Shown: one piece after another, positions 28,524 through 45,906 of the stretch
Numbering within the stretch: position 1 is the stretch's first letter
Layout: the number at the start of each line of letters is the position of its first letter
From: Lysobacterales bacterium
GTDB lineage: Bacteria > Pseudomonadota > Gammaproteobacteria > Xanthomonadales > Rhodanobacteraceae
Reading direction: 5' to 3'
DNA: 64,000 bases
NCBI GenBank assembly: GCA_038259445.1
Contig: JBBSOU010000002.1
Location: 561 to 64,560 of the forward strand
Program-made: the position numbers and the translations under genes
The notes under the pieces: generated by a model
Database searches by the model: none
Seen by the model: only the letters and a program-made list of their open reading frames with translations
What the model was told of the DNA's origin: nothing

Positions 28524-29878
28524 GCAGCTTTCTCCCCATTGGTCATCGCATTCGCGAGGTCGGCAAGCGGCCTGGACGATTGCGACGATACGGTCGATTG
28601 GTGGACACCTGCAGCGATCACTGCGGCGACCATGAACAGCAGTCCTTCGACTGCAAAGACGATTCCATAGGCCATGCCCTGCGAGTCGAGCAGCACGCGC
28701 GCGAGGTCGCTTCCGGCGGCGCCGAGAAAGCCGCCGACGCCGAACGCGATGGCCTGTGCCGCACCCCACAACCCCATGCGCACGCCTTCCCGCGACTCTC
28801 TACCCGCGCCGGCCAGGGCCATCATCGAGCCGATCGCCGCAACCGCGAACGCGCCGTTCGAGGCGCCGAGCAGAAACACGTTGAGCGAGAGCGGCCAGCC
28901 CGGACCAACCCAGCCGGCGACGGCCAGACCTGCCAGTGCGAATGATGAGGCGATGCAGCCGAGGATGGTCCATGTGCGCAGCGAACCGAGACGCGGTCCG
29001 CCGATGATCGAGCACGCCACCGCAACGAGGATCATGCCAAGCAGTACGCCGCTGTTCTGGACGCCGGAAAGCTGTGTCGATTGTCCCGGCGTCATGCCGA
29101 ACACCGAGCCGGCGAACGGCTCGAGGATCAGATCCTGCGCGCTGTAGGCAAGCATCGAGACGAACACGAATCTCGTGAAGCGGCGCGCCTGCGGCTCGCT
29201 CCAGACCTGCGCAAGCGCTTCGCGAAAGGCCGGCTTGACCACGACCGCGGCGGCATCGCCGACGACGATCGGTCGCACTGGCGGCTCGAGGCCGCGCACG
29301 ACCAGCAAAGTCAGCGCCAGCGCGACGATCGAGACCACGGCGGTGATGGCGACGAGGCGACTGGCCGAGTACGGATCGAGGACCTTGCCGACCGCCAGCG
29401 TGGTGACGACGAAGCCGAGGATCATCATCACCCAGACCACGGTTGCCGCCGCGGCGCGGCGGCGCTCGACGACGCGCTTGGCGAGCAACACGAGCAGCGA
29501 GGTTCCGGCAGCGCCGACGCCGACACCGATCAGCATGAAGGCGATCGCCGCCAGCACGATGCCGGCGCTCACGTTGGTCTCCATCCAGCCGATCGCGATC
29601 GCTGCGAGCACCGCGCCGATGCCGAGCGTGACAATGCCGCCGATGATCCATGGCGTGCGCCGTCCGCCGACGTCTGATCCGTAACCGAATCGCGGACGCA
29701 ACATCTGCACCGCGTAATGCAGTAGCACGAGTGCGCCAGGCAGCATCGCCGGCAGCGCCAGTTCGACGACCATGATGCGGTTCATGGTCGAGGTCGACAG
29801 CACGACGATCGAGCCAAGCGCGGTCTGCACGAGGCCGAGCCTGACGATGCCGCCCCAACCGAGCATGGCGGCGCTCAT
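28520..29878 (-). CDS. PucC/LhaA-family MFS protein (bch2-like)
   Basis: MSAAMLGWGGIVRLGLVQTALGSIVVLSTSTMNRIMVVELALPA. 12-TM character. Lies between bchG and bchP. ATGA overlaps on both sides. Confidence 0.87.
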   Translation of the reverse strand: MSAAMLGWGGIVRLGLVQTALGSIVVLSTSTMNRIMVVELALPAMLPGALVLLHYAVQMLRPRFGYGSDVGGRRTPWIIGGIVTLGIGAVLAAIAIGWMETNVSAGIVLAAIAFMLIGVGVGAAGTSLLVLLAKRVVERRRAAAATVVWVMMILGFVVTTLAVGKVLDPYSASRLVAITAVVSIVALALTLLVVRGLEPPVRPIVVGDAAAVVVKPAFREALAQVWSEPQARRFTRFVFVSMLAYSAQDLILEPFAGSVFGMTPGQSTQLSGVQNSGVLLGMILVAVACSIIGGPRLGSLRTWTILGCIASSFALAGLAVAGWVGPGWPLSLNVFLLGASNGAFAVAAIGSMMALAGAGRESREGVRMGLWGAAQAIAFGVGGFLGAAGSDLARVLLDSQGMAYGIVFAVEGLLFMVAAVIAAGVHQSTVSSQSSRPLADLANAMTNGEKAA

Positions 29879-30801
29879 GCGCCGGCCTTGACGAGGTCGC
29901 GCAGTGCAAATGCGCTGACCAGCATGCCGATCACGTACAAGGTGACGCCGAGCCCGCTGTACCAGATGGCACGCTCGAATGGACTCTGCAGAAACCGCCA
30001 CATCAGCGCGAGTTGCGCAACCAGCAGAGCACCGACCGCGATCGCGTAGCCGTCCTGGCCCCAGAACATCAACTGGAAGACAACGACGACCTGGGCCAGC
30101 GCCATGAACGCGCACGCGACCAGAGCAGCGCCGTCGGCACCGAGCAGGACCGGCAACGAATCGATGCCCATCTTCTCGTCGCCGACCATCGACTTGAAAT
30201 CGTTGAGCGTCATGATGCCGTGCGCACCTAGGCTGTAGACCACCGCGAGCAGGATCGAGCGCGGGTCGGGCATCGTGCCGGCGACCATGACGGCACCACC
30301 GGTGACCCATGCGAGACCTTCATAACTGAAACCACAGGCGGCATTGCCGAGCCAGCCGTTGCGCTTCAGTCGCAACGGCGGCGCACTGTAGGCCCAGGCG
30401 AGCACGAGTCCGACCACGGCGGCGCCGAAGCCCCATGGACCGAGCAGCGATGCAACGAGCAGGGACAGGCCAGTCCACAGGATGGCCAGATACAAGCCCC
30501 AGCGCCCGGGCACTCGCCCCGACGGAATCGGCCGTTTTGGTTCGTTGATGGCGTCGACATGGCGATCGAACCAGTCATTGACCACCTGGCTGGTCGCGCA
30601 CACGAGCGGTCCGGCCAGAATGATGCCGACAATGATCAGCAGCCAGTTGCCTTGCGCCGGCATGCCCGACGCCACCGCACCGCAGGCGAACGCCCACATC
30701 GGCGGGAACCAGGTGATCGGCTTGAGGAGTTCCGCAACGGCAGAAAGGGCAGGCCGAGCCATGCAAATCCAGGAGAAGACGCGCGATCGAGGGTTGCACA
30801 T
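29875..30801 (-). CDS. bchG: Bacteriochlorophyll a synthase
   Basis: UbiA prenyltransferase. ELLKPITWFPPMWAFACGAVASG and NDWFDRHVDAINEP. An alternative start is the Met at 30762. Confidence 0.9.
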   Translation of the reverse strand: MCNPRSRVFSWICMARPALSAVAELLKPITWFPPMWAFACGAVASGMPAQGNWLLIIVGIILAGPLVCATSQVVNDWFDRHVDAINEPKRPIPSGRVPGRWGLYLAILWTGLSLLVASLLGPWGFGAAVVGLVLAWAYSAPPLRLKRNGWLGNAACGFSYEGLAWVTGGAVMVAGTMPDPRSILLAVVYSLGAHGIMTLNDFKSMVGDEKMGIDSLPVLLGADGAALVACAFMALAQVVVVFQLMFWGQDGYAIAVGALLVAQLALMWRFLQSPFERAIWYSGLGVTLYVIGMLVSAFALRDLVKAGA

Positions 30802-30813
30802 GACACCGCAACC

Positions 30814-30831
30814 TGTCCAGCCTTGTTGACA
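30814..30831. promoter_or_regulatory. Single consensus PpsR-type palindrome upstream of bchG
   Basis: TGTCCAGCCTTGTTGACA (TGT-N12-ACA) in the 100-nt ppsR-bchG gap. Confidence 0.4.
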
Positions 30832-30901
30832 CCGATATCGACGTCCACGGCTGCGGCCGATTGACCGACCCCGCCGAGACCGTGCGCGAGCGTAATCCGC
30901 G

Positions 30902-32326
30902 TCAGCCCGGCGGATTCTCGTCGGCGTCGGTCGCCGGATCGATCAGACCATAACGGCGCAGTTTGACGTAGAGGCTCTGCCGACTCAGACCGAGCACCTC
31001 GGCTGCCGACGCGCGGTTGTCCTGGGTCAGCTGCAGCGCGGCTTCAATGCACAGTTTCTCGATCAGGTCGGTGGCATCGCGGACCAATTCCTTGAGTGGC
31101 ACGCGGCCAACCAGTTCGGTCAACTGCTCGACCGAGCGCGGCTGATGGACCGCACTCTCGATCACGTCGGCGGTCACTCGCCGGCCAACGTTGCGGATGT
31201 TGAAGCCGAGACAGGGCGGGTCAGCCATCGGGATCGAGACACCCGATATTTCCACATCGGCGGCCGCGCCGTGCTCACCGGTCAGGGTGGTCGAGAACAG
31301 GCGGATCGTGCCGTGCTGGCGCAGGTTGGCCATGAGCACGCTGAAATCCACGCGCGAACGACCGATCCAGCGATCGAGCGACTCGCCGCGCACCTGTGAT
31401 TCAGAGGGCATCTGGGCAAGATCGAGAAAGGCGCGATTGGATGCAACGATGTTGCCATCGATGTCGGTGACGGCGAACGCATCAGCGGAATGCTCGACGG
31501 CCCTGAGGACGGTCCTCGGCAGCATCGCGTTGCCGACCTCGGCACGCGCCGCGGAAATCCGCAGCAGGTACAGCGCGTCGTTGCCTTGCCGGAAATAGAA
31601 CGACGACACCGAGTACTCGCGGCGGTCGGCACCCAAGCGTATCGAGACGTCATCTGCACGCACTGCGGTGCGCACGCCGGCGATCAAGGTGTGCACGACG
31701 TGCACGCTTTCAGCACCGAAACATTCGACCAGCGTGCGTCCGACGACGCGTTTGCCCGCTTCGCCGAGCAAGTCGCCCGCGGTTGGATTCGCCTCGATCA
31801 CCTTCTCGGTGGCGGCATCGATGATGAGGATCGCCTCGGAAGACATCTGGAACAGCACGCGGTAACGCGTTTCGACATTGCGCAGTCGCCAGTAGTCGCG
31901 CTCCATCGACTGTTGCGCGTCGACCAGCCGCTGTTGCAGGTTGGCCATGTCGCGCAGGTCGCGCCCGAACACGACGATGCGTCCCTGACTGCCGAGCTTG
32001 ACCGCGGAGTACAGCACGGGCACGTCGGCACCGCGCGTGGAACTGTGATTGACGTGGCGCCATTTGTGGTCGCCATTGCTGCCGGCATCGCGCAACAGCG
32101 CTTCCACCTTTGACCGGCTATCCGGAGTGACCGTCTCGATCCACGGCTGGTCGATCCATTTTCGGTAGCCCTCGCGCGCCATCTCGGCGCTGCCGAACGA
32201 CACGTCGAGAACGACGCCATCGGCATCGAGCACCAGCGAGACATCGGCCGCCGCCGACACCAGAGCCGCCGCCGCCGCCGCGTCGAGACTGCCCAGCACG
32301 ACGCCAGGGCTTTCGACGGGGATCAC
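30902..32326 (-). CDS. ppsR: Photosynthesis gene repressor PpsR/CrtJ (full length)
   Basis: PAS-Q-PAS-PAS plus C-terminal Fis-type HTH: LIEKLCIEAALQLTQDNRASAAEVLGLSRQSLYVKLRRYGL. Confidence 0.93.
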   Translation of the reverse strand: MIPVESPGVVLGSLDAAAAAALVSAAADVSLVLDADGVVLDVSFGSAEMAREGYRKWIDQPWIETVTPDSRSKVEALLRDAGSNGDHKWRHVNHSSTRGADVPVLYSAVKLGSQGRIVVFGRDLRDMANLQQRLVDAQQSMERDYWRLRNVETRYRVLFQMSSEAILIIDAATEKVIEANPTAGDLLGEAGKRVVGRTLVECFGAESVHVVHTLIAGVRTAVRADDVSIRLGADRREYSVSSFYFRQGNDALYLLRISAARAEVGNAMLPRTVLRAVEHSADAFAVTDIDGNIVASNRAFLDLAQMPSESQVRGESLDRWIGRSRVDFSVLMANLRQHGTIRLFSTTLTGEHGAAADVEISGVSIPMADPPCLGFNIRNVGRRVTADVIESAVHQPRSVEQLTELVGRVPLKELVRDATDLIEKLCIEAALQLTQDNRASAAEVLGLSRQSLYVKLRRYGLIDPATDADENPPG

Positions 32327-32428
32327 GCGCGTCGCTCATTTTTCGACATGGACCTCAACGACCTCGAGCCTGCGTTCCAGCACCCACCCTCCAAAGCATT
32401 GCCACACGAGATCGTGCCGGTTCCCGCC

Positions 32429-33352
32429 TCAGCGTTCGCGCAGCGTGACCAGCATTTCCGCATGCGCGAGCGCATCGCGCGGATCACACGCACAGGCATC
32501 CGCGCCGAGCCCATTGGCGAACTCCGGATGCGCATCGAAAACCTGTCCACCAATCATCATTCCGACCCTGGCATTGCGCGATACCTTGCGCAGGTCGGCC
32601 AGGTCGGCCACGAGCAGCGGCAGGCGAGCTTCGCAGGTTGCCGAAATGTCGATCACGTCGAACCAGTTCGAGCCGACGATATCGAGCAACTGCGCGCGTG
32701 AACGCGGTGGCGCGCGCCACACTTCCCAGCCGGCGCGATGAAAGAACTCGGCGGAAAGGCAACGATAGAACTCGGTGACCATGTAGACGCCAAGCATGCT
32801 CTGTTCACCCGGCGCAGATAGCAGCAGCGCCTTCGGACCCTGCGGGCGACACTCGCCTTCGTCCGAAAACTCCGGACTGAGCTCGCGCAGCACCTGTTGC
32901 AGGTGAAGCATGCCTATCGCGATTTCCTCGTAATGACAGAGATCGGCCTCCCACAGATCCGACAGGCGACGCGCCGCCGGCATCAGCAGGTCGAGATAGA
33001 TCGATTCGAGTGGCACGTCGCTGGCGCGGCGTCTGGCGACCGACTCGAACGCCGCCGTCATCTCCGGCGCCATGATCAGGTCGGTGAAGGCAATGACGTC
33101 GGCCGTATTCAGCCCGCCGTCCGCTGCGGAGGTCACAAGCGGCGACCGCTGCGTGCGGTGCGCCACCATCAATCGCGGGATGACCTCGCACTGAAGTGTT
33201 CGCGCCAGAGCCCCGGGCGAACCTGCGTCGTCGGCGACTACACCATGCGCGGCATGTGCCGCGGCTGCGGCTCCACTTCCACTGCGCAGGCTTTCCGCAT
33301 CATTGTTCCATGCACCCTCGCGGGCTGCGTGGTCCTGTCTCAAGCCGTTCAT
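32429..33352 (-). CDS. aerR: AerR/PpaA-type regulator with B12-binding-like (SCHIC) domain
   Basis: C-terminal Rossmann-like domain LLLSAPGEQSMLG...DISAT...MIGGQVF. Synteny between bchF and ppsR. Start chosen at MNGLRQDH, preceded by GGGGGAGGAAACCAG. Confidence 0.78.
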   Translation of the reverse strand: MNGLRQDHAAREGAWNNDAESLRSGSGAAAAAHAAHGVVADDAGSPGALARTLQCEVIPRLMVAHRTQRSPLVTSAADGGLNTADVIAFTDLIMAPEMTAAFESVARRRASDVPLESIYLDLLMPAARRLSDLWEADLCHYEEIAIGMLHLQQVLRELSPEFSDEGECRPQGPKALLLSAPGEQSMLGVYMVTEFYRCLSAEFFHRAGWEVWRAPPRSRAQLLDIVGSNWFDVIDISATCEARLPLLVADLADLRKVSRNARVGMMIGGQVFDAHPEFANGLGADACACDPRDALAHAEMLVTLRER

Positions 33353-33602
33353 CTGGTTTCCTCCCCCAAACACGCGACGATTGGAACGCTTCGTCGCTGG
33401 GGTGAGGCTCTGGGCTGCCTGAAGCGCCCGGTCCACCCTCGTTTCAGGTCTCTGCCGACTCGGCCGACCCGTTTTTGGCGACGAACCCTTGCCTTCACGA
33501 AGATGAATGCCGGGTGAAGTTTCACCCGCTTCAAGGCAATCCGGATCGTCCCACCGAAGGCGAGGTTCGTCAACTTGGGTTTTGAGTACTGCGTTCAAAG
33601 AG

Positions 33603-33659
33603 TGTCAACTCAACTGGACGTCTTATTTTGTTGACAGTATCAGACTGCAGGACTAGATT
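33603..33659 (+). promoter_or_regulatory. bchF-operon promoter with two PpsR-type palindromes 8 bp apart
   Basis: TGTCAACTCAACTGGACG (33603..33620), 8 nt, TGTTGACAGTATCAGACT (33629..33646). TTGACA (33631..33636)-N17-TAGATT (33654..33659). The bchF ATG is at 33689. Confidence 0.55.
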
Positions 33660-33688
33660 CGAGCGGTATCGAAGATGAGCAGCAGAGC

Positions 33689-35487
<1,799 letters not shown>

Positions 35488-35488
35488 C

Positions 35489-37061
35489 ATGCAGCTGACG
35501 CTCTGGACCTATGAAGGCCCGCCGCACGTCGGCGCGATGCGCGTCGCCACCGCGATGCGCGAGGTGCACTACGTTCTTCATGCACCGCAAGGCGATACCT
35601 ATGCGGATCTGCTGTTCACGATGATCGAGCGGCGCAACCGCCGTCCACCGGTCACCTACACGACATTCCAGGCGCGCGACCTCGGCGGCGATACCGCCGA
35701 GCTGTTCAAGAACGCCGCACTCGAGGCCTACGAGCGTTTCCAGCCGAAAGCGATGCTGGTCGGTGCATCATGCACGGCCGAACTCATCCAGGATGACCCT
35801 GGTGGCCTTGCGCTCGCTCTCAATCTGCCAATTCCGGTGGTCGCGCTCGAACTGCCTTCGTACCAGCGCAAGGAGAATTGGGGCGCGTCGGAAACCTTCT
35901 ACCAGCTCGTGCGCGCGTGCGCCGGGCCGTCGATGCCGCCGCCCGGAACGGTGCGCGCGCCACGCGCGGAAGGTCAGCGCGCACGCTGCAACATCCTCGG
36001 ACCGACAGCGCTCGGCTTTCGCCATCGCGATGACCTGCGCGAGATAAGCGGCTTGTTGAACCGGCTCGGTGTCGACGTGCATGTGACCGCGCCGCTCGAT
36101 GCAACGCCAGCTGATCTGGCCAGACTCGGCGAAGCCGATTTCAACGTTGTCCTGTATCCCGAGATTGCCGGCCAGGCGGCGACCTGGCTGCAACGCTCAT
36201 TCGCGCAACCGAGCGTGAAGACGATTCCGATCGGCGTCGGCGCGACGCGCGAGTTCATCGCCGAAGTCGCACACCTCGCGGGTATCGATGCGTCGACATT
36301 GCTCGAGGATCCCGGATCACGTTCGGTCTGGTATTCACGCAGTGTCGATTCGACCTACCTGACCAACAAGCGCGTGTTCGTGTTCGGCGACGCCACGCAT
36401 GCGGTCGCAGCGGCGCGCTTCGCCAGTGAGGAACTCGGCTTCTGCGTCGTCGGCATCGGCACCTACAGCCGCGAGTTCGCGCGCGAGGTTCGCGAGGCAG
36501 CGGTCAAATACGGTGTCGAGGCGTTGATCACCGACGACTACCTGCAGATCGAGGCCAAGGTTGCCGAACTGCAGCCGGAACTCGTGCTCGGCACGCAGAT
36601 GGAGCGCCACATCGCCAAGCGCCTCGGCATTCCGTGTGCGGTGATTTCTGCGCCGGTGCACGTGCAGGACTATCCGGCGCGCTACTCGCCACAGATGGGT
36701 TTCGAAGGCGCCAACGTGCTGTTCGACACCTGGGTGCATCCGCTCATGATGGGTCTCGAAGAGCATCTGATCACGATGTTCCGTGACGACTTCGAGTTCC
36801 ATTCAGACGCCGCTCCCTCGCATCTTGGCGGCGCCGTCAGCGAGAAGCGCAGTGACGTCCAGACGGCGCCTGTCGAGAGCCTCGTCAGCGCGGTCAATGC
36901 GGACATTGCGGCGCCCGCTGCAACGACTCTGGCATGGGCAGTCGACGCCGAGATCGAGCTGAAAAAGATACCGTTCTTCGTGCGCGGCAAAGCACGCAGG
37001 AATACCGAGCGCTTCGCTATGGAGCGTGGCGTGACAATGATTACGGTGGAGGCGCTCTACG

Positions 37062-37087
<26 letters not shown>
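35489..37087 (+). CDS. bchB: Light-independent protochlorophyllide reductase subunit B
   Basis: [38 protein letters not shown]. Confidence 0.95.
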
Positions 37088-42428
<5,341 letters not shown>

Positions 42429-42432
<4 letters not shown>

Positions 42433-43889
42433 AGCTCAACGACGCCCTGGCCAAACGCTGGACCCGGCTGGCGCCGGAGTTGCTCCCGTTTGCCGATGCT
42501 GCCACGCCCGAGTTGCCGCTTGGACGCCTGTTGCGGCTATCACTGTTCCAGGTTTCTGTCGGCATGGCCATCGCCTTGCTGGTCGGCACGCTCAATCGCG
42601 TCATGATCGTCGAGCTCGCCGTTCCTGCGGCACTGGTCGGCATCATGATCGCGTTGCCGCTGGTATTCGCACCGTTCCGCGCGCTGATCGGTTTCCGTTC
42701 CGATACGCATCGCTCGGTACTCGGCTGGCGCCGCGTGCCCTACATCTGGTTCGGCTCGCTGCTGCAGTTCGGTGGTTTCGCGATCATGCCGTTCGCGCTG
42801 ATCGTGCTGTCGGGCGATACCAATGGCCCGATTCTCTACGGGCAGATCGCGGCTGCGCTGGCCTTCCTGCTGGTCGGCGCCGGCATGCACACGACGCAGA
42901 CGGTTGGACTGGCGCTCGCCACCGACCTCGCCACCGATGAAGCGCGCCCGCGCGTGGTCGCCCTGATGTGCTCGATGTTGCTGCTCGGCATCGCCATCAG
43001 TTCGGTCGTGTTCGGCGTGCTGCTTGCCGAGTTCAGCCAGCTGCGCCTCATCAAGGTGATCCAGGGCGCGGCGGTGGTCACGATCGTGCTCAATCTGGCT
43101 GCGCTGTGGAAACAGGAAGCGCGCAATCCCGAACTGGCGTCGCGCGACCGGGTCATTGCGACCTTCGGTGAATCCTGGAAGTCGCTGAGCGTCGATTCGC
43201 TCAGTCGGCGCCGACTCATCGCACTCGGCCTCGGCACCGTCGGCTTCGCCATGCAGGACATCCTTCTCGAGCCTTACGGCGGACAGGTCTTCGGCCTCTC
43301 GGTGTCGTCGACGACGATGTTGACCGCGATATGGGCTCTCGCCGGCCTCGGTGGCTTCATCATCGCCGCGCGTGCGCTCGAGAAGTCCTTCGATACCTAT
43401 CGCATGGCATCGCTCGGAACGATCGCCGGCGCGATCGGCATCACTGCGATCATCTTCGCCGCGCCGACACGCTCGACGGCCTTGTTCACGGCCGGCGTCG
43501 GCATCATCGGTTTCGGTGGCGGCCTGTTCGCGCACAGCACACTGACGGCTGCGATGCGTCTCGCACCGATCGGCCAGGTCGGTCTCGCCATCGGCGTCTG
43601 GGGCTCGGTACAGGCCACGGCGTCGGGTGGCGCGATGGCCCTCAGCGGCGTCTTGCGCGACACGTTCAACAGCTTCGCCGCCAGCGGACAATTCGGCGCC
43701 GCGCTGAATGGCCCGGCGACCGGCTACGGCATCGTCTTCACCCTCGAGATTCTCCTCATGTTCGCTACGCTCGTCGCATTGGGTCCGCTGGTTCGACCCA
43801 ACTCGCGCGAGGCCAAGGCGTTTCCAGCCGATTCGGCGCGTACGTCGAATCACCCCATCAGTTCCCTCAGCAGGGAGATCGTCACGTGA
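42429..43889 (+). CDS. lhaA: LH1 assembly protein, PucC-family MFS
   Basis: LLRLSLFQVSVGMAIALLVGTLNRVMIVEL. Synteny bchM-lhaA-puhA. GTGA overlaps on both sides. Confidence 0.88.
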
Positions 43890-44659
43890 GCCCAGGCGCC
43901 ATTACCTCATCCATCGACATTGCACAGGTCGTTCTCTATCTTTTCTGGTTCTTTTTCGCCGCTCTGATCTTCTATCTCCGGCGCGAAGACAAGCGCGAGG
44001 GCTATCCACTCGAGGACGCCAACGCGTCGCCCGGATCATTGCGCGACGGCTTTCCGGGACGACCGGACGCGAAGACCTTCGTGCTCGCGCACGGCGGCAC
44101 GCGCACAGTACCCGCCGAGTCGAACCCGGCCGCGCGCCGGTCGCTCAACGCGACGCCCACCGGCACGTGGGAGGGAGCGCCGATTGAGCCGACCGGCAAC
44201 CCGATGCTCGCCGGCGTCGGCCCGGGTTCGTGGGCGGATCGCCCCGACGAGCTCGACATGACCTACGAAGGCGAGCCTAAGATCGTGCCGTTGCGTGTCG
44301 ATCCTGACTACAACCTCGACCATCGTGATCCGGATCCGCGCGGCAAGGAAGTCATTGGCGGCGATGGCAAGGTCGGCGGCATCGTCACCGATATCTGGGT
44401 CGATCGATCCGAACGCCTGTTCCGTTACCTCGAAGTGGAGGTTCCCGGAGGCCGTCGCGTCCTGCTCCCCGTGAACTTCTCGAAGATCAACGATCGCGGC
44501 ATCGTGCGGGTGGGCTCGATCATGGCGGCCCACTTCGCCGACGTGCCGGGCTTGCGCAATCCCGACCAGATCACGATGCTCGAAGAAGAAAAGATCGTCG
44601 CCTATTACGGTGCCGGTACGCTGTATGCCGATCCGTCGCGGCTGGAGCCGTGGTTGTGA
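43886..44659 (+). CDS. puhA: Reaction centre H subunit
   Basis: GTG start after GGGAG. SIDIAQVVLYLFWFFFAALIFYLRREDKREGYPLE plus PRC-barrel C-terminus (GKVGGIVTDIWVD). Confidence 0.92.
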   Translation: MSPGAITSSIDIAQVVLYLFWFFFAALIFYLRREDKREGYPLEDANASPGSLRDGFPGRPDAKTFVLAHGGTRTVPAESNPAARRSLNATPTGTWEGAPIEPTGNPMLAGVGPGSWADRPDELDMTYEGEPKIVPLRVDPDYNLDHRDPDPRGKEVIGGDGKVGGIVTDIWVDRSERLFRYLEVEVPGGRRVLLPVNFSKINDRGIVRVGSIMAAHFADVPGLRNPDQITMLEEEKIVAYYGAGTLYADPSRLEPWL

Positions 44660-45318
44660 CTCACGAAGCTGCAACGACGGTCAAGGAGCTGCCGGAAGCA
44701 TTGCCGGAGGGTGAGCGTATCCTCTGGCAAGGCGGTCCGGCGTGGCGATCGCTGTGGCGCCGCGCATTCCATGGCCGCACCATCGCCATCTATTTCGCGG
44801 CATTGATCCTGCTGCGCGGAATCAACGTGTGGTGGGGCGGCGGAAGCCTGCTCGATGCGATCGTGGCGATGGCCTGGTTGCTGCCGGCGGCATTGTTCGC
44901 GCTGGCCGTGGTGACCGTCGTGGCATGGCTGACGGCACGTGCGTCGTGGTACACGATCACCGACCGCCGCGTCGTCATGCGCATCGGCATCGTCCTCGAA
45001 GTGACCTACAACTTCCCGTTCAAGGTCATCGACGAAGTCGGCCTGCGCGTCTACGCCGACGGCACCGGTGACCTGCCACTGTGCTTCATGCCCGGTGAGC
45101 AGATCGCCTATGTGCACCTGTGGCCGCACGCGAAGCCATGGCATTTGCGTCGCACCCAGCCGATGATGCGCTGCATACCCGACGCGACCAGTATCGCGGC
45201 GCTGTTGTCGGGCGCGATGGCCGCACGCACCGGTGGCTCGGCATTGCCGATCCATGCCAGTGCCGTGGCCGGGCCGACCGGCCGTGAACGCAGCCATGCA
45301 ACGACCAGTGCGGCCTGA
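44650..45318 (+). CDS. puhB: Photosynthetic complex assembly protein PuhB
   Basis: LPEGERILWQGGPAWRSLWRRAF..., two TM segments plus a bacterial-PH-like domain. Synteny. Confidence 0.8.
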   Translation: MVVTHEAATTVKELPEALPEGERILWQGGPAWRSLWRRAFHGRTIAIYFAALILLRGINVWWGGGSLLDAIVAMAWLLPAALFALAVVTVVAWLTARASWYTITDRRVVMRIGIVLEVTYNFPFKVIDEVGLRVYADGTGDLPLCFMPGEQIAYVHLWPHAKPWHLRRTQPMMRCIPDATSIAALLSGAMAARTGGSALPIHASAVAGPTGRERSHATTSAA

Positions 45319-45333
45319 TTGCGGAGTTTCGAC

Positions 45334-45882
45334 ATGAGTGAACATTCCCACCACATGACCTTCCCGAAAGTGCCGCTGTACGCGGCCTTCGCCTTGATTC
45401 TGCTCGCGATCGTGCTGGTCATCGGCGTGCGCCTCACCGGCGTTGGCGAATTGCGCACGCCGCAGAAGGAAGTAGTCGCCGAAAGAATGCTGCAATTCGA
45501 CGACCATCAGGACGGCAGCATTTCAGTCAGGGATGCGCGCACCGATGAAGTGATCGAACGGATCGAACCGGGCACCAACGGTTTCCTGCGCAGCACCGTG
45601 CGCGGGCTAGCCCGCGACCGCTGGCGTGACGGCATCGGACGCGAACCGTCATTCCGCCTGACCGGCCGCAGCGACGGACGCCTGCTGCTCGAGGATCCGG
45701 CCACCGGACGACTGGTCGATCTCGGTTCGTTCGGCCCGACCAATGCGGCCGTGTTCGCACGTTTCCTTGAAGGTCGCGCACCGAACCGCAACGGCCAGAC
45801 GGTACCGGGTGCAAGTGCCGACGCGCAGCCATCCGCAATGCAACCCCACGGCCCCGCGATAGCCACTTCGCGCAGCCAGTAA
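45334..45882 (+). CDS. puhC: Photosynthetic complex assembly protein PuhC
   Basis: Single N-terminal TM (FPKVPLYAAFALILLAIVLVIGV) plus a soluble domain. Synteny after puhB. GGAG 8 nt upstream of ATG 45334. Confidence 0.75.
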   Translation: MSEHSHHMTFPKVPLYAAFALILLAIVLVIGVRLTGVGELRTPQKEVVAERMLQFDDHQDGSISVRDARTDEVIERIEPGTNGFLRSTVRGLARDRWRDGIGREPSFRLTGRSDGRLLLEDPATGRLVDLGSFGPTNAAVFARFLEGRAPNRNGQTVPGASADAQPSAMQPHGPAIATSRSQ

Positions 45883-45906
45883 GCGACACGTACAGGAGAT
45901 TTCGCC

